Shown: one piece after another, positions 1 to 10,183 of the stretch
How positions within the stretch are numbered: position 1 is the first letter of the stretch
How the letters are laid out: the number at the start of each line of letters is the position of its first letter
Notes under the pieces: generated by a model
Seen by the model: only the letters and a program-made list of their open reading frames with translations
Database searches by the model: none
What the model was told of the DNA's origin: nothing
Translations under genes and position numbers: made by a program
Source of the DNA: an uncultured delta proteobacterium
GTDB lineage: Bacteria; Desulfobacterota; Syntrophobacteria; Syntrophobacterales; Syntrophobacteraceae
Reading direction: 5' to 3'
NCBI GenBank assembly: GCA_963808625.1
Contig: CAWEHK010000021.1
Location: forward strand, 64,001-128,000
DNA: 64,000 bases

Positions 1-3000
1 GTGATTCCCAGGAGTTTCAGCAGGCGCTCAAGAGCAGCAGCCTGCCGTCCCTGCCGCAGAAAATCATGCTGGTTTTCATCGCGGCTCGTATCCCGAGCAT
101 GATTCACCGCTGCCCCCTCTCCCATCACGCACCATTCGGGGAAGCAAAACTCGGGCATCACCGCCTTGCCTTTTTCCACCAGCGCCTCTTCCAGCCATGC
201 CTGCCAGTTGCTTTTGGTCCGGATGAGATGATGACCGGTGGCGCGGTAATTCAGGTAGCCATCCAGCAGGTCCGCAACCAGCAGGCCTTCCCGAGCGGCG
301 GCGGCATTCAAGACGGCCTGGAGCACAAAGGCATCCAGGATGTGCTCATCCTGGCCGGCCGTCACCCATTCCAGGGCCGGGATGGGTTCCTCTCCCCGAA
401 GGACCCGCCCAAACAAGCCATGATAGCGCACCAGGAGAATCGCGAGGCCTCCCACCTGAGGGTCAATATGGTGCTGCTCCAAAATGTTGGTCTGTTCGAG
501 GAACATGGCTCCCCGTTCCGCGCTGGTCCTCAGCCTATCAGATTCAGGGAGACGCGCGGCGTATTGATCAACTTCACCGATCTCCTGGAACAGCAGCGCC
601 GCCATCAGCGCCTGCAGAAGCATGGGTCGCTGCTGCATCGATTCAACGAGATGTTCAAGAATGTCCAGTTGGAAGTGGGTTACGCCGGTGCCCTCCTCGG
701 CGAGCGGCCCGAACTCCTCTTTCGCCAGTTGATAGAAGATGTTGCGATCCTGAAAGGCGTTGCGATCCTTCCTCACTAATGCCTGAAACTTGAGAAGACC
801 TCGCATGACACCGTCGGCAAGGGATTCCTGGTGCGGAGCACGGCGTTCGTCCCCGAGATTTCCCAGAGCATGCAGCTCGGGCAGGACAAACCGAAAGATC
901 TCCGGACAGTGCATGGCGAGACTGTTCACGGTATCGTAAATTTCTTCCGGGACCAAAATGTGGTTTTGCATGATCCTCTTCAGCCGGCACTCGATCTCGT
1001 CAATGCTTGATCCCGCCGTGTCCGGCCGGCCGGCCATGCCGTGAGGCCCTGCCGATGGTTCCTCCTCGCGGCCGGCATGCCGCTGAAGGTAGCGGTTGAA
1101 GCTTTCCAGTTCCGAGAAGAGCCTTTCCAATTCCTTCAGGTGCCTCAGGGAAATGGTGCTCAGTTTTTGCCGTTCGAAGTGCCCCAGCAGCCCTTCAAGT
1201 TGCTGGATATCCTCCTCCACATCCACAAAGGAGAGATCGACCGCTCGGGTCACGGCATTGTTGGTAAGGCGTAACCCCGTGCCCGGGACAAATGCCGGGA
1301 GGCCCTCGGCCAGCGTCCTTCTGATGCGATCAAGATGCGTTGGGGCAAGCTTCTCCTGAGGAATTTGCAGAAGGGTTGCCTTGATCTTGGCAATACGCGC
1401 CTCGAGACGATCTTGAGGCATCCCTGCCAGCATGGGATTGAAATTAACAAGGCGCCGCTCCGAGGCAATGACGGCGATCCAAAGCAGCAGGAACCCGGCT
1501 TTTGCTCCAAGCGCCGGAAACAGCTTGCCGGTCCCATGAAATTCAGTCTCGAGAAACTGCCGGAAAAAATTTGCTTGCCCAAACAGGTCACCGCGCAAGA
1601 ACCGGCGGTTGAAATCGGCGGCCCAACCCGAAAGCTCAAGGGCTTCTTCGAGCTGCTGGAGCTTCTCCGGTTCATAGTCGCAAGCCACCTCTCTCGCGAA
1701 CTGGTCCTTGCGCATGAGGTCCTGCCAGTCGTCGAGAAATTCAAAGAGATTGAAAAACTTCATCATCTCCCTGATGGCCATGTTCTGCACACCACCGAGC
1801 GCGCTGATCTGAAGATCGTGCAGGTTCTCCCAACCCAGCCAGGGATCAGTCGCCACCGCCACGGCGGCATTGTAGAGGTGAAACAGCTCCCGAGAGTGTT
1901 CCGGAGTGAATGAGTCTCTCAGGGAGGCGACGATTTCCGCGATGCTCATCAGGCGGCAGAACCGAAGCAGCTCGAGGACCTTTTGGGGCGTTCCCTCCTT
2001 TGCTTTATCGGTGATGGGCGTCAAGGTCTTTGCCGGGATCTTGCCGAAGACAACCCTGCTCATGGTTGTGTGGCCGACGACAATGAGCAGGATCTCCTGC
2101 AGTTGCTCCCGCGAAAAGTCGTAGAGAGACAGCTTCGGCAGGTTCTCCAGAACCGGAGTGGTCCGGCCTTCGATGTTTTCCGGGTTGAGAATATCCCGGA
2201 TTCTTTCAAGTTTTGGAATTTGACCGAGGAGTTGCGCGACGGTGCGGAAGCTCTCATTTTTGGTCAGGAACGGATTACTGAGGCGGGCCTGCTCCAATTC
2301 CGGCAGTTTGGTCAAGCGGTGATCGCGGATTTGGAGCAGCGCTCTCAGCACATCCAGGAGATATTGAAACGAATTGCGGTATTCGGCGACCAGCGAAAGC
2401 GCACAACCCTGCATCCCCGTCGGGTGGAGTTCCCTTTCCAGGTCCGGGACCGAGACTGCCGGCTGACGGCGCTCGCCGACGAAAACCAGGATGCTTTCGG
2501 GAAGCTCGCCTTCCAGTTCAAGGCGTTCCTTCCATTGCTCGTGGGGATGCTTGGAAACCCTGCGCCGTAAATACCTCGCCGCAAAGTAGGGCCCAAAAAG
2601 CAGTTTCCATTGCTTTTCAGGATCTTTCATCTGGGTTCGGTGCCATCTCCGGTTGAGATGAGGCAGGGCGTTGATGGCCTCGAGGGAGAGCTGATCGGGG
2701 CTCTCACGGCCGAGCAACCGCTTCCGGTGAGGTTCAAAAAGAGCAAATTTATTCAGGTAATAATGCAAGTCTGAGAGATAGATTTCAAGTTCCGGTTGTC
2801 CGGGATCTCCGTAATAGCGTTTCCTCGTTTTGAAAATGTGGGAAAACAGGAGAAAGCTCCTGAGTTCCTCGTCGGATTTGAAGCGGACGGGGCAGGGGCG
2901 GTCTTCCAGGGGATCAAAGGCGTGCGAGAGGAGCAGCAGCCGGCCGCCCGGTTTCAAGAGATCGTGGATTTTCCCTGCCAGGTAGGCTGAAAAAGCCGGC

Positions 3001-3683
3001 AGCCGCTGCCGATGTGCCGGTTGCCTGACCCGCCTGGGAAGCTTCTGTTCCAGGAGATATTCAAAAGGGTCCTTGGGAAGGATGACCACATCGAGCGGAA
3101 TCCGCCAGGAGCTGAGACTGTCGAGGGACTCAAACAGAAACATCCGGTGCGCCGACAGTCGCGCCGTCAGTTCATGGACCAGCAAATCGTGGCTTCTTGT
3201 GAGCAGGCCGATGTCGAGTCGCTCCGTCCGGGTTTCGAAAATGAACTGGATGATCAGCCTTTCAATCTCGTCGGCGGTGCTCGTGATCTCCCGGAGGGAT
3301 TGCGCCACCAGATTGATCGGGATGAGGTAATAGCTCTTCCCGGTGTGGCTAAAGCGGATGAGCAGCCCAAGCTTTTGAAAAATCGCGTTCAGTCTTCTGG
3401 CCTGCCGACCAACGACTTGCGCATCCTGAAGGTCCAGGCCTTCCAAAAAGGCCGTGTCAGAAGCACTCAACGCCCCCTGTTCGACCACGCCGAGGCCATA
3501 GGCGTTGCCTCCAAAACGACTGGGGAGGAAGGTGGGGTGGTCCTCAGCAGCGAAGGTCCCCATGGGCACATCCTCGGGATCGATCCCCAGGCGCGCATAG
3601 TCCTCAGGATCGAGCAACCGGAAGTTCGTTCGATGCCGGTCGAACGGCGGCCTTTGTTGAGAAAGCAACTTGTCTGGCATCAT
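1..3683 (-). CDS. Large hypothetical protein (>1,227 aa, 3' end beyond window edge)
   Basis: Manual translation from ATG at 3683 (MMPDKLLSQQRPPFDRHRTNF...). The segments read stay in one frame to position 1, which fits its absence from the ORF track (no stop inside the window). Contains IHDLLKPGGRLLL (SAM-MTase-like) and ALLFQEIG...LLVRYHG (degenerate HD-like) segments. Confidence 0.85.
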   Translation of the reverse strand, partial: MMPDKLLSQQRPPFDRHRTNFRLLDPEDYARLGIDPEDVPMGTFAAEDHPTFLPSRFGGNAYGLGVVEQGALSASDTAFLEGLDLQDAQVVGRQARRLNAIFQKLGLLIRFSHTGKSYYLIPINLVAQSLREITSTADEIERLIIQFIFETRTERLDIGLLTRSHDLLVHELTARLSAHRMFLFESLDSLSSWRIPLDVVILPKDPFEYLLEQKLPRRVRQPAHRQRLPAFSAYLAGKIHDLLKPGGRLLLLSHAFDPLEDRPCPVRFKSDEELRSFLLFSHIFKTRKRYYGDPGQPELEIYLSDLHYYLNKFALFEPHRKRLLGRESPDQLSLEAINALPHLNRRWHRTQMKDPEKQWKLLFGPYFAARYLRRRVSKHPHEQWKERLELEGELPESILVFVGERRQPAVSVPDLERELHPTGMQGCALSLVAEYRNSFQYLLDVLRALLQIRDHRLTKLPELEQARLSNPFLTKNESFRTVAQLLGQIPKLERIRDILNPENIEGRTTPVLENLPKLSLYDFSREQLQEILLIVVGHTTMSRVVFGKIPAKTLTPITDKAKEGTPQKVLELLRFCRLMSIAEIVASLRDSFTPEHSRELFHLYNAAVAVATDPWLGWENLHDLQISALGGVQNMAIREMMKFFNLFEFLDDWQDLMRKDQFAREVACDYEPEKLQQLEEALELSGWAADFNRRFLRGDLFGQANFFRQFLETEFHGTGKLFPALGAKAGFLLLWIAVIASERRLVNFNPMLAGMPQDRLEARIAKIKATLLQIPQEKLAPTHLDRIRRTLAEGLPAFVPGTGLRLTNNAVTRAVDLSFVDVEEDIQQLEGLLGHFERQKLSTISLRHLKELERLFSELESFNRYLQRHAGREEEPSAGPHGMAGRPDTAGSSIDEIECRLKRIMQNHILVPEEIYDTVNSLAMHCPEIFRFVLPELHALGNLGDERRAPHQESLADGVMRGLLKFQALVRKDRNAFQDRNIFYQLAKEEFGPLAEEGTGVTHFQLDILEHLVESMQQRPMLLQALMAALLFQEIGEVDQYAARLPESDRLRTSAERGAMFLEQTNILEQHHIDPQVGGLAILLVRYHGLFGRVLRGEEPIPALEWVTAGQDEHILDAFVLQAVLNAAAAREGLLVADLLDGYLNYRATGHHLIRTKSNWQAWLEEALVEKGKAVMPEFCFPEWCVMGEGAAVNHARDTSRDENQHDFLRQGRQAAALERLLKLLGI

Positions 3684-3739
3684 CTCAATCCAAAAAACTC
3701 TTTGGCAGAAAGCTTCTGTCAGCTTATAAGGGGAGTGCT

Positions 3740-3793
3740 GAAGTCAGAAGTCAGAAGACGGAAGTGGGAAGCCGGAGGTCTGGAAGTCGGAAG
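3740..3793. repeat. Degenerate heptamer tandem array (GAAGTCA-like)
   Basis: gaagtca gaagtca gaagacg gaagtgg gaagccg gaggtct ggaagtcg gaag, between divergent genes. Confidence 0.7.
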
Positions 3794-3850
3794 AACCGAT
3801 TAGCCGGGCATCCGATCCCGCCAGAGCGGGACCCGCTGATCTCTGACCCC

Positions 3851-4354
3851 ATGTTGCACCCCATCACATCATCCAAGGAACGCTCCGTCATGGCCGGCGC
3901 TTCATTCTCTTTACTTATAGCGCAACTGGGAGGATTGGGTAAGGCCCCATTTGCCCCGGGCACGGTCGCAACGATTGTTGCGGGAATCCCGTCGGCCTGC
4001 CTGTTGAGCCTGGTCAGCAAACCGTGGGCACTCCTGCTGCTGGCGCTTCTTTTCGTTTCCAGCTGCTATGCGGCAGACGCGGCGGAGCGCGAACTGCAGA
4101 AAACCGATCCGGGAGAAGTGGTTATCGATGAGCTCGTTGGGTTCCTGATTACCCTGTTCGGGTTCCCGCTCACTCCCCAGGCCCTCCTGTTGGGGATTGT
4201 GAGCTTTCGCCTGTTGGACATTTGGAAACCATGGCCCGTCAAAATTTTTCAGGAACGACTCAAAGGCGGCGTGGCCATCGTCATGGATGACGTGGCGGCG
4301 GGCATCATGGCGCACGCACTCGTCTGGGTCGGGCTCAAAATATGGGTTAGATGA
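3851..4354 (+). CDS. pgpA: Phosphatidylglycerophosphatase A
   Basis: Motifs G.APFAPGT, DPGEVVIDE, FRLLDIWKPWP, MDDVAAG; start could be 3851 or 3890. Confidence 0.92.
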   Translation: MLHPITSSKERSVMAGASFSLLIAQLGGLGKAPFAPGTVATIVAGIPSACLLSLVSKPWALLLLALLFVSSCYAADAAERELQKTDPGEVVIDELVGFLITLFGFPLTPQALLLGIVSFRLLDIWKPWPVKIFQERLKGGVAIVMDDVAAGIMAHALVWVGLKIWVR

Positions 4355-4615
4355 GGCAAATGCCGATGTGGAGTATCTGCGCACAGCCGCTAGCCAGATA
4401 ACCGAAGCTAAACCCAAAAAACCACAAGAAAGAAACACCCCAAACCTTAACCAAGGAAAAACGGGGTCAGCGGGTCTGTCAGAGCTCTCCGAGTGCCTTG
4501 AAGCATAGGGAGATCCGTCTTCTGCCAAAACCATCTTCTTGCATGATAGAATGGTCTTGGTTACAAGTGGATTTTACCGGTCGGAATCGAATGATTTCAG
4601 CAATGAGGTGAATCG

Positions 4616-5704
4616 ATGCGGCAGTTGAGGAGATGGGTTTCTATTGGTTTGGTTGTCTTCCTTGGATGCAGCTTTGGGGCTGGTGCGGCCTGCGGGCTGA
4701 CCGAGGACGAGCGGAACAACATCGACATTTATCAGAAGCTGGCGCCGGGGGTGGTGAACATCACCAGCACCACGCTCGAGCATGACTTCTTTTTCAACGC
4801 CGTCCCCCGGCAAGGGGCCGGGTCCGGGTCCATCATCGACCCTCGGGGCTACATCCTGACGAATCATCATGTCATCGAAGACGCTCGCAAGCTTGAGGTG
4901 ACGCTTGCAAACGGCAAGAAATACAGTGCGAAACTGATCGGCTCCGATCCCGACACGGATGTTGCGGTCATCAAGATCGAGGCCCGCAGGGAAGACTTGA
5001 CGTTGATCCCGATGGGATCCTCCGACAATCTCAAAGTGGGACAGAAGGTCATCGCCATCGGCAATCCCTTCGGCCTGGGGCAGACCCTCACCACGGGAAT
5101 CATCAGCATGGTGGGGCGGACCCTCCGCGCCTCGAGCGGGACCCTGGTTGAAGACATGATTCAAACCGACGCTTCCATTAATCCCGGCAATTCCGGCGGG
5201 CCCCTGATCGATTCCGGCGGCAAGATGATCGGCATCAACACCGCCATTTTCAGCCCCACGGGTGCGAGTGTCGGCATTGGCTTCGCGATCCCCGTCGATG
5301 TCGCAAAACGAGTCATCAATGAACTGATCGATAAGGGCTATTACAGCTATCCGTGGCTGGGGGCCACCTTGCTGACGCTCTCTGCGAACCTTGCCGAGGC
5401 CCTCAAGCTGCCGGTGCGAGAGGGCGCCATGGTCATCGAAGTTGCCCCCCGAAGCCCCGCTGCCAAGGCCGGCCTTAAGGAAGGGACCTCACGGGCGCAG
5501 ATCGGCAACTACATTGTGATCGTCGGCGGAGATATCATTACCAAAATCGATGACCAGCCGGTTTCGGATGCCGATTCGGTGATCCGCAGGATTCGTAAGT
5601 CTCGCCCGGGGGATCGGGTGCAAATGGAAATCCTGCATTGGGAAGGCGGCCGGAGCAAGGTTACCGTGGTGCTGGGAGAACAGCCGAGGAGCGGGCGTAA
5701 GTAG
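4616..5704 (+). CDS. HtrA/DegP-family trypsin-like serine protease with PDZ domain
   Basis: Signal peptide, LTNHHV, IQTDASINPGNSGGPL, C-terminal PDZ; RBS GAGG. Confidence 0.95.
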   Translation: MRQLRRWVSIGLVVFLGCSFGAGAACGLTEDERNNIDIYQKLAPGVVNITSTTLEHDFFFNAVPRQGAGSGSIIDPRGYILTNHHVIEDARKLEVTLANGKKYSAKLIGSDPDTDVAVIKIEARREDLTLIPMGSSDNLKVGQKVIAIGNPFGLGQTLTTGIISMVGRTLRASSGTLVEDMIQTDASINPGNSGGPLIDSGGKMIGINTAIFSPTGASVGIGFAIPVDVAKRVINELIDKGYYSYPWLGATLLTLSANLAEALKLPVREGAMVIEVAPRSPAAKAGLKEGTSRAQIGNYIVIVGGDIITKIDDQPVSDADSVIRRIRKSRPGDRVQMEILHWEGGRSKVTVVLGEQPRSGRK

Positions 5705-5894
5705 TGGCCAGTGGTGAGTGGTGAGTGATGAGTGACGAGTGGTGAGTAATCACTGGTCAGTAAAGAAAGCCGAGAATAGCAGCGAGGGAGTGTGTTCACT
5801 GATGGCGAACTGCATGCGGAGCATAGGACCGAGTCGACCTTGTGGGTTCCTGACCACTCATCACTCATTACTGACCACTGATCACTGACCACTC
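5702..5894. repeat. Inverted pair of heptamer tandem arrays (AGTGGTG / CTGACCA) between convergent genes
   Basis: 5702-5762 agtggccagtggtgagtggtgagtgatgagtgacgagtggtgagt; 5850-5894 ctgaccactcatcactcattactgaccactgatcactgaccact is its approximate reverse complement. Confidence 0.8.
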
Positions 5895-5915
5895 CTCAAG
5901 ACCCACCGCGGGCCT

Positions 5916-7332
5916 TCAGCGGGCGATACCACCCGCATTTCGGTCATTCTTCAGAGTAATCAGAAGGACTTCTCCCTGGGTCCAGAAGCGGACGGGCGCC
6001 CCGGAGACGCCCGCACCGCAACTGGTGTAGCCAAGCATGCCGTCATATTTCCACGGCCCGTAGAGAAAGCGCCGAGGGGCCGAGCTGTGAGTGAAGACGG
6101 CACCCAGGAAAGGGAGCTTGAATCTGCCCCCCATGAGTGTGCCCGCAAAGATAGAGATGGGGATGGTACGGGGCAGCTTCCCGATAGATTTCGTTGGAGT
6201 GGGCGACAAAGATGCTGAACGATCCTTTCGGCACATCAGCAAAGGCCGATTCCAAGTCATGGCATTTAAAATAGTGCGGATCATCCACCCCGGCGATCCA
6301 GATCTTCTCGCCATCGCGCTCGATTGCCGTTGAATCATTAATGAGCACCGTGATCCCGAGTTTCTCGAGCGGTTCCATCATCTCGAGGCAATCGTGATTC
6401 CCCATTACCGCGACCATACCGTCCCGGGCCTGAATTTCCGGGAGCAGGCGGCGGAGTCGGGCGAGCGCTTCGGTAAAAGGTCCATGATGGTCCATCCGGA
6501 GATCGCCACCGAGAATGCAGAGGTCCACGGAGTGCCTTCGCACCAGGGCCTGCAGCCGTTCCGTGAGGCCATCCAGACCATCGAGGTGAAGGTCCGAGAG
6601 GAAGAGAATGGTATAGTTGTTAAAGCCGGCCGGCAAATCTGAGAAGTGGAAAGCGATATGTGTGGTTTTCAGCTCGAGCGCATTGCGCTTGCCCTTTTCG
6701 TAAACGCCCATCAAACGCAGAACGGTTTTCATCACCACATGGTAATAGAAGGCATCTTCGAAGTTTAGGAAGTAGCGTAAGGGCGCCGACGTGATCTGGC
6801 AGGACCGAAACTCCTTCAACCGCACCCGAGGCCGAAGCAGGCGTGGATAATTGGGGAATGGAATCGCCAGCAGGACCCGGTTCAGAAAGAGCGATCCAAA
6901 AAACGCCCCGAGACTGAATAGTAGAACCAGGACCAGGACATCAGCGGCACTCAGTGAGCAATAAGGGGCGAGCACCACGAATGGAAGCAGGCCTTCGAAG
7001 CCCTGGTCCAGGACGGGCACAATATCACCACTGGCGATCCCCAACCGCCGCTTGATGAAGCTCGAGATGAGGTCCCCGGCCATCGCCAGAAGACCTGCTC
7101 CCAAACCCAGCCACCATGGAAACCCAAAGCACAATCCTGCCAGCGCTCCGGCCCCCACCCCCCCCAAAAGGCCGCGAAAGGTTTTGTGAGATCCGAAAAG
7201 GGGTTTGCCGTCACGCAGGCGATAACCCAGATCGACAGGGGTATTCCCTTTGTCCTCGAAGAAAAAGGTCAGGAGAGGTGGGGCAAAATTAACCGCCCAC
7301 AGCAGGATCAGTATTTTCACTAAGAGCCACAT
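5916..7332 (-). CDS. CarS-like (DUF46, CDP-archaeol synthase family) domain fused to a calcineurin-like metallophosphoesterase; apparent frameshift near 6120
   Basis: N-term N.APPL...PVD.G....DGKPLFGSHKT.RG...GDLISSFIKRR...DQ; C-term SDLH, GD, GNHD, CGHTHGGQI. The expected C-terminus (LPFLGAVF...TSCGAGVSGAPVRF) continues in another frame to the stop at 5916. Confidence 0.85.
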
Positions 7333-7363
7333 GAACAGAAAAGGAGTGGCAGGGCGCCGGGGA

Positions 7364-8677
7364 TCACTCCATAAACGTCCTCAGGCAGGCCTGTCGGTTA
7401 GGGTTGCGGAGTTTCCTCAGAGCTTTTTTTTCAATCTGACGAATGCGCTCTTTGGAGACCTTAAAGGTCCTGCCGATCTTTTCCAGAGTTTCGGCCGGCT
7501 GCCCGTCAATACCAAAACGAGCCCGCAGGATCTTCTCTTCCCGTGGTTGGAGGGTGGACAAGAGCTCGCGAGTCAGCTCGGCAAGTTCTCTGCCGGAGCA
7601 CTCTTCAAGAGGGGATACCGCCTTTTCATCCTCGATAAAGTCCCCCAACCGCTGTTCATCATCGCCGATGGGAGTCTCGAGCGAGATGGGCTGAGCCGCC
7701 AGGGTCAATACCATCTGCACTTTTTCCAGCGGCAGGTTGGCCCGCTCGGCAATTTCCTGCGGTGTCGCTTCCCTTCCCAGCTCTTTCAGAAGCTCATAAA
7801 AGACCTTAAAGAAAAGGTTCTTCAGCTCAATAAAATGCACCGGCAACCGGATCGTGCGGGTCTTGTCATAAATCCCCCTGATAATGCTCTGTCTCACCCA
7901 CCAGGTTGCATAGGTGCTAAACCGGTTACCCTTGGTGTGGTCAAAGCGCCCCACGGCCTTGAGCAAACCCAGGTTGCCTTCCTGAATCAGGTCGTCAAAA
8001 CTCATGCCGCGGCCCCGGTAGCGCTTGGCGATGCTTAAAACCAGGCGCAGATTGGCCTTGACCATCTCCTGCTTCGCCCCATCGACGGCATTCAAGATCG
8101 CCCTGATGCGAGCCAGCAGCTGCCCATAATAGTCGTGGTCCGGCTGCTCCTGGACCGCTCGTTCCAAGGTGCGCAAAATTACCTTGAGAATCTTGTCCCT
8201 CACGCCGGGAAAGGTTTTCTCGTGACTGACCAGTTTCCTTACTTTGGACAACAGTTCTCGAATGAGTTCATCGTGGGGAGCAAATTCCTCGATGAGCTGC
8301 ACCAGTTGTTCCTGGCCTCGACGAATGGTCTGTGCCAGCACCACTTCGCGCTCTTGCGTCAAAAGCGGATAGCCGGCAACCTCTCTCAGGTAGCAGGTAA
8401 CGTGGTCCTCGTCGAAATCTTCGGCAACTGCCGGCTCGCCATTGGACACGTCGGGCTCAAAACCTTCCGCCGCTGCGGATCGCAGCCGATCCAAGACATC
8501 TTCAAATTCCGTTTGTTCCTGGTCTTCATCAAGCGGACGGCCAAGCGCCAGCTCCGTTTCCGTACAGGCCTCTTCCAAATCCTCCTCCTCGCCTGGATCT
8601 CTGTACTTTTTTCGTGATTCCCTTCGGCCAAAATGGTAATCGAAAGGAACGCACTGTTCAGATCCGTATGCCTTCAT
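7364..8677 (-). CDS. Sigma-70 factor, RpoD/SigA-family paralog
   Basis: YLREVAGYPLLT (region 1.2), ANLRLVLSIAKRY, DLIQEGNLGL, RFSTYATWW, TLEKIG...SKERIRQIE (region 4); no typical region 1.1. Confidence 0.93.
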   Translation of the reverse strand: MKAYGSEQCVPFDYHFGRRESRKKYRDPGEEEDLEEACTETELALGRPLDEDQEQTEFEDVLDRLRSAAAEGFEPDVSNGEPAVAEDFDEDHVTCYLREVAGYPLLTQEREVVLAQTIRRGQEQLVQLIEEFAPHDELIRELLSKVRKLVSHEKTFPGVRDKILKVILRTLERAVQEQPDHDYYGQLLARIRAILNAVDGAKQEMVKANLRLVLSIAKRYRGRGMSFDDLIQEGNLGLLKAVGRFDHTKGNRFSTYATWWVRQSIIRGIYDKTRTIRLPVHFIELKNLFFKVFYELLKELGREATPQEIAERANLPLEKVQMVLTLAAQPISLETPIGDDEQRLGDFIEDEKAVSPLEECSGRELAELTRELLSTLQPREEKILRARFGIDGQPAETLEKIGRTFKVSKERIRQIEKKALRKLRNPNRQACLRTFME

Positions 8678-9030
8678 CAGAGTTTCCTCCGGTCAGAGCC
8701 CCCATTGCGTGCCTAATGCTACGCACGGCATGAGCCCCCACCAACAAAACTTTCCCCCGATGCTCTTCAGCCAACTCGTAAAGTTTGCTAAAAAGGGTTT
8801 TTTATATCACAGTCACAACAGGAAAATAAGCATATATGTGGTCGCGGTCAATTCTTTCTACCGACTCCACCAGCAGCCCACTCCGGACACCGCTCCCACG
8901 CTGTCCTTTGCCGGGGCAGTACCCGCACAGCACCTGGCTGCGCGCCAACTGCCACGGGCGTTACCCTGCTCTCCCTATCTGCTATACTCGTTAGCCATCG
9001 AAAAGGTTACATTCTCACTGAAAAATTTCA

Positions 9031-10017
9031 TCAAATGTGCATCTCCACCACGTCGCCATCCTGGAGCAGGTAATCTTTTTGCACCATTTGACCATCAAAG
9101 ACCGATGTCCCCCAGATCTTTGCAAATTTTAGTTTGCTCACAAAATCCTTATGAATCTTGCCGGCCAATTCTTCCAGCGTTGTCCTTTTCGGTAAAACAA
9201 AGGGCGCCGCCCTGTTGGGCTCTTTACCAGGGACCTTGGTATAGACGCGAATGATTGCCGAAAGCTCGTAGAGCAATTGCAGCAAACCCTTGAGATTGCT
9301 TCCCGCACGCAAGGAGACCCCAATGCTGGGCAACGGCACGTCCGCAAGCTCCAGGAAAGCCTGGTAGTCCTCCAAATGGTTTTCGTTGTCCACTTTATTT
9401 ACCACAACGAGGACTTTCTTGATGAACGGCGGTTTCTTGAGATCTGCCGGCACCGGAAATCCTTCCGGGAAAATGCGCAATTCCTGGAGTACTGCCAGGG
9501 TTTCCTCGAGCTGCTGCAGGGGATCATCGTGGAGGTCAACCATCACCAGTAGCATATCCGCACGCCGCATCAGGTCAGCCATCCAGGGGTCCAGGTAATC
9601 CCTGGTGATGGGAGGCGTGTCCACCAGTTGGAATTGGATATTTTCATACGGTGCCATGCCGGGCGTGGGTTTCCACGTAGTATGAGGGAACTCGGCCACC
9701 TCCGGGCTGGCATTGGTCAGAGCTCTAACCAGAGCGGATTTACCCGTATTGGGCGCACCGATCACGGCGATTTGAGCCGCACCTTCTTTTTCGATCACGT
9801 AAGCGGCGTCGCGCCGCGCCCCGCCCTTCTTTTGTTGGGCCTCTTCTTTGAGCTTCGCGATACGGCGCCGGAGGTCCGCCCGCAGCTTATCCGTGCCCTT
9901 ATGTTTGGGCATGATGGTCAGCATTTCCTCCAAAGCCTCGATCTTGGATTCCGGGGTCTTCGCTTCACGAAAGCGCTTTTCAGCATCAAAATACATGGGC
10001 GGCAAATTAGCCGGCAT
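9031..10017 (-). CDS. DRG/Obg-family GTPase with C-terminal TGS domain
   Basis: MPANLPP...PKHKGTDKL, GAPNTGKS, DTPP, NKVD, IRVYTK...LQDGDVVEMH; RBS GGAG upstream of ATG 10017. Confidence 0.9.
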   Translation of the reverse strand: MPANLPPMYFDAEKRFREAKTPESKIEALEEMLTIMPKHKGTDKLRADLRRRIAKLKEEAQQKKGGARRDAAYVIEKEGAAQIAVIGAPNTGKSALVRALTNASPEVAEFPHTTWKPTPGMAPYENIQFQLVDTPPITRDYLDPWMADLMRRADMLLVMVDLHDDPLQQLEETLAVLQELRIFPEGFPVPADLKKPPFIKKVLVVVNKVDNENHLEDYQAFLELADVPLPSIGVSLRAGSNLKGLLQLLYELSAIIRVYTKVPGKEPNRAAPFVLPKRTTLEELAGKIHKDFVSKLKFAKIWGTSVFDGQMVQKDYLLQDGDVVEMHI

Positions 10018-10183
10018 CGCTTTTTCTCCCGCAGCCAAGAACCTTTACCATCAAGCTCGTACCCTTCATGAAAGATGAATGGTGTCGGAATTATTGCCAA
10101 CCATCGGCAGAACTATTATAAGGCTTTACCAGGTAAAATTTTTCAGAAAAGAAAATCACCGGGACCCAAGGGAAGAAAAATCT

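Noticed and set aside
5702..5894. CRISPR array
   Set aside because: The repeats are contiguous 7-mers without unique spacers, and there are no cas genes.
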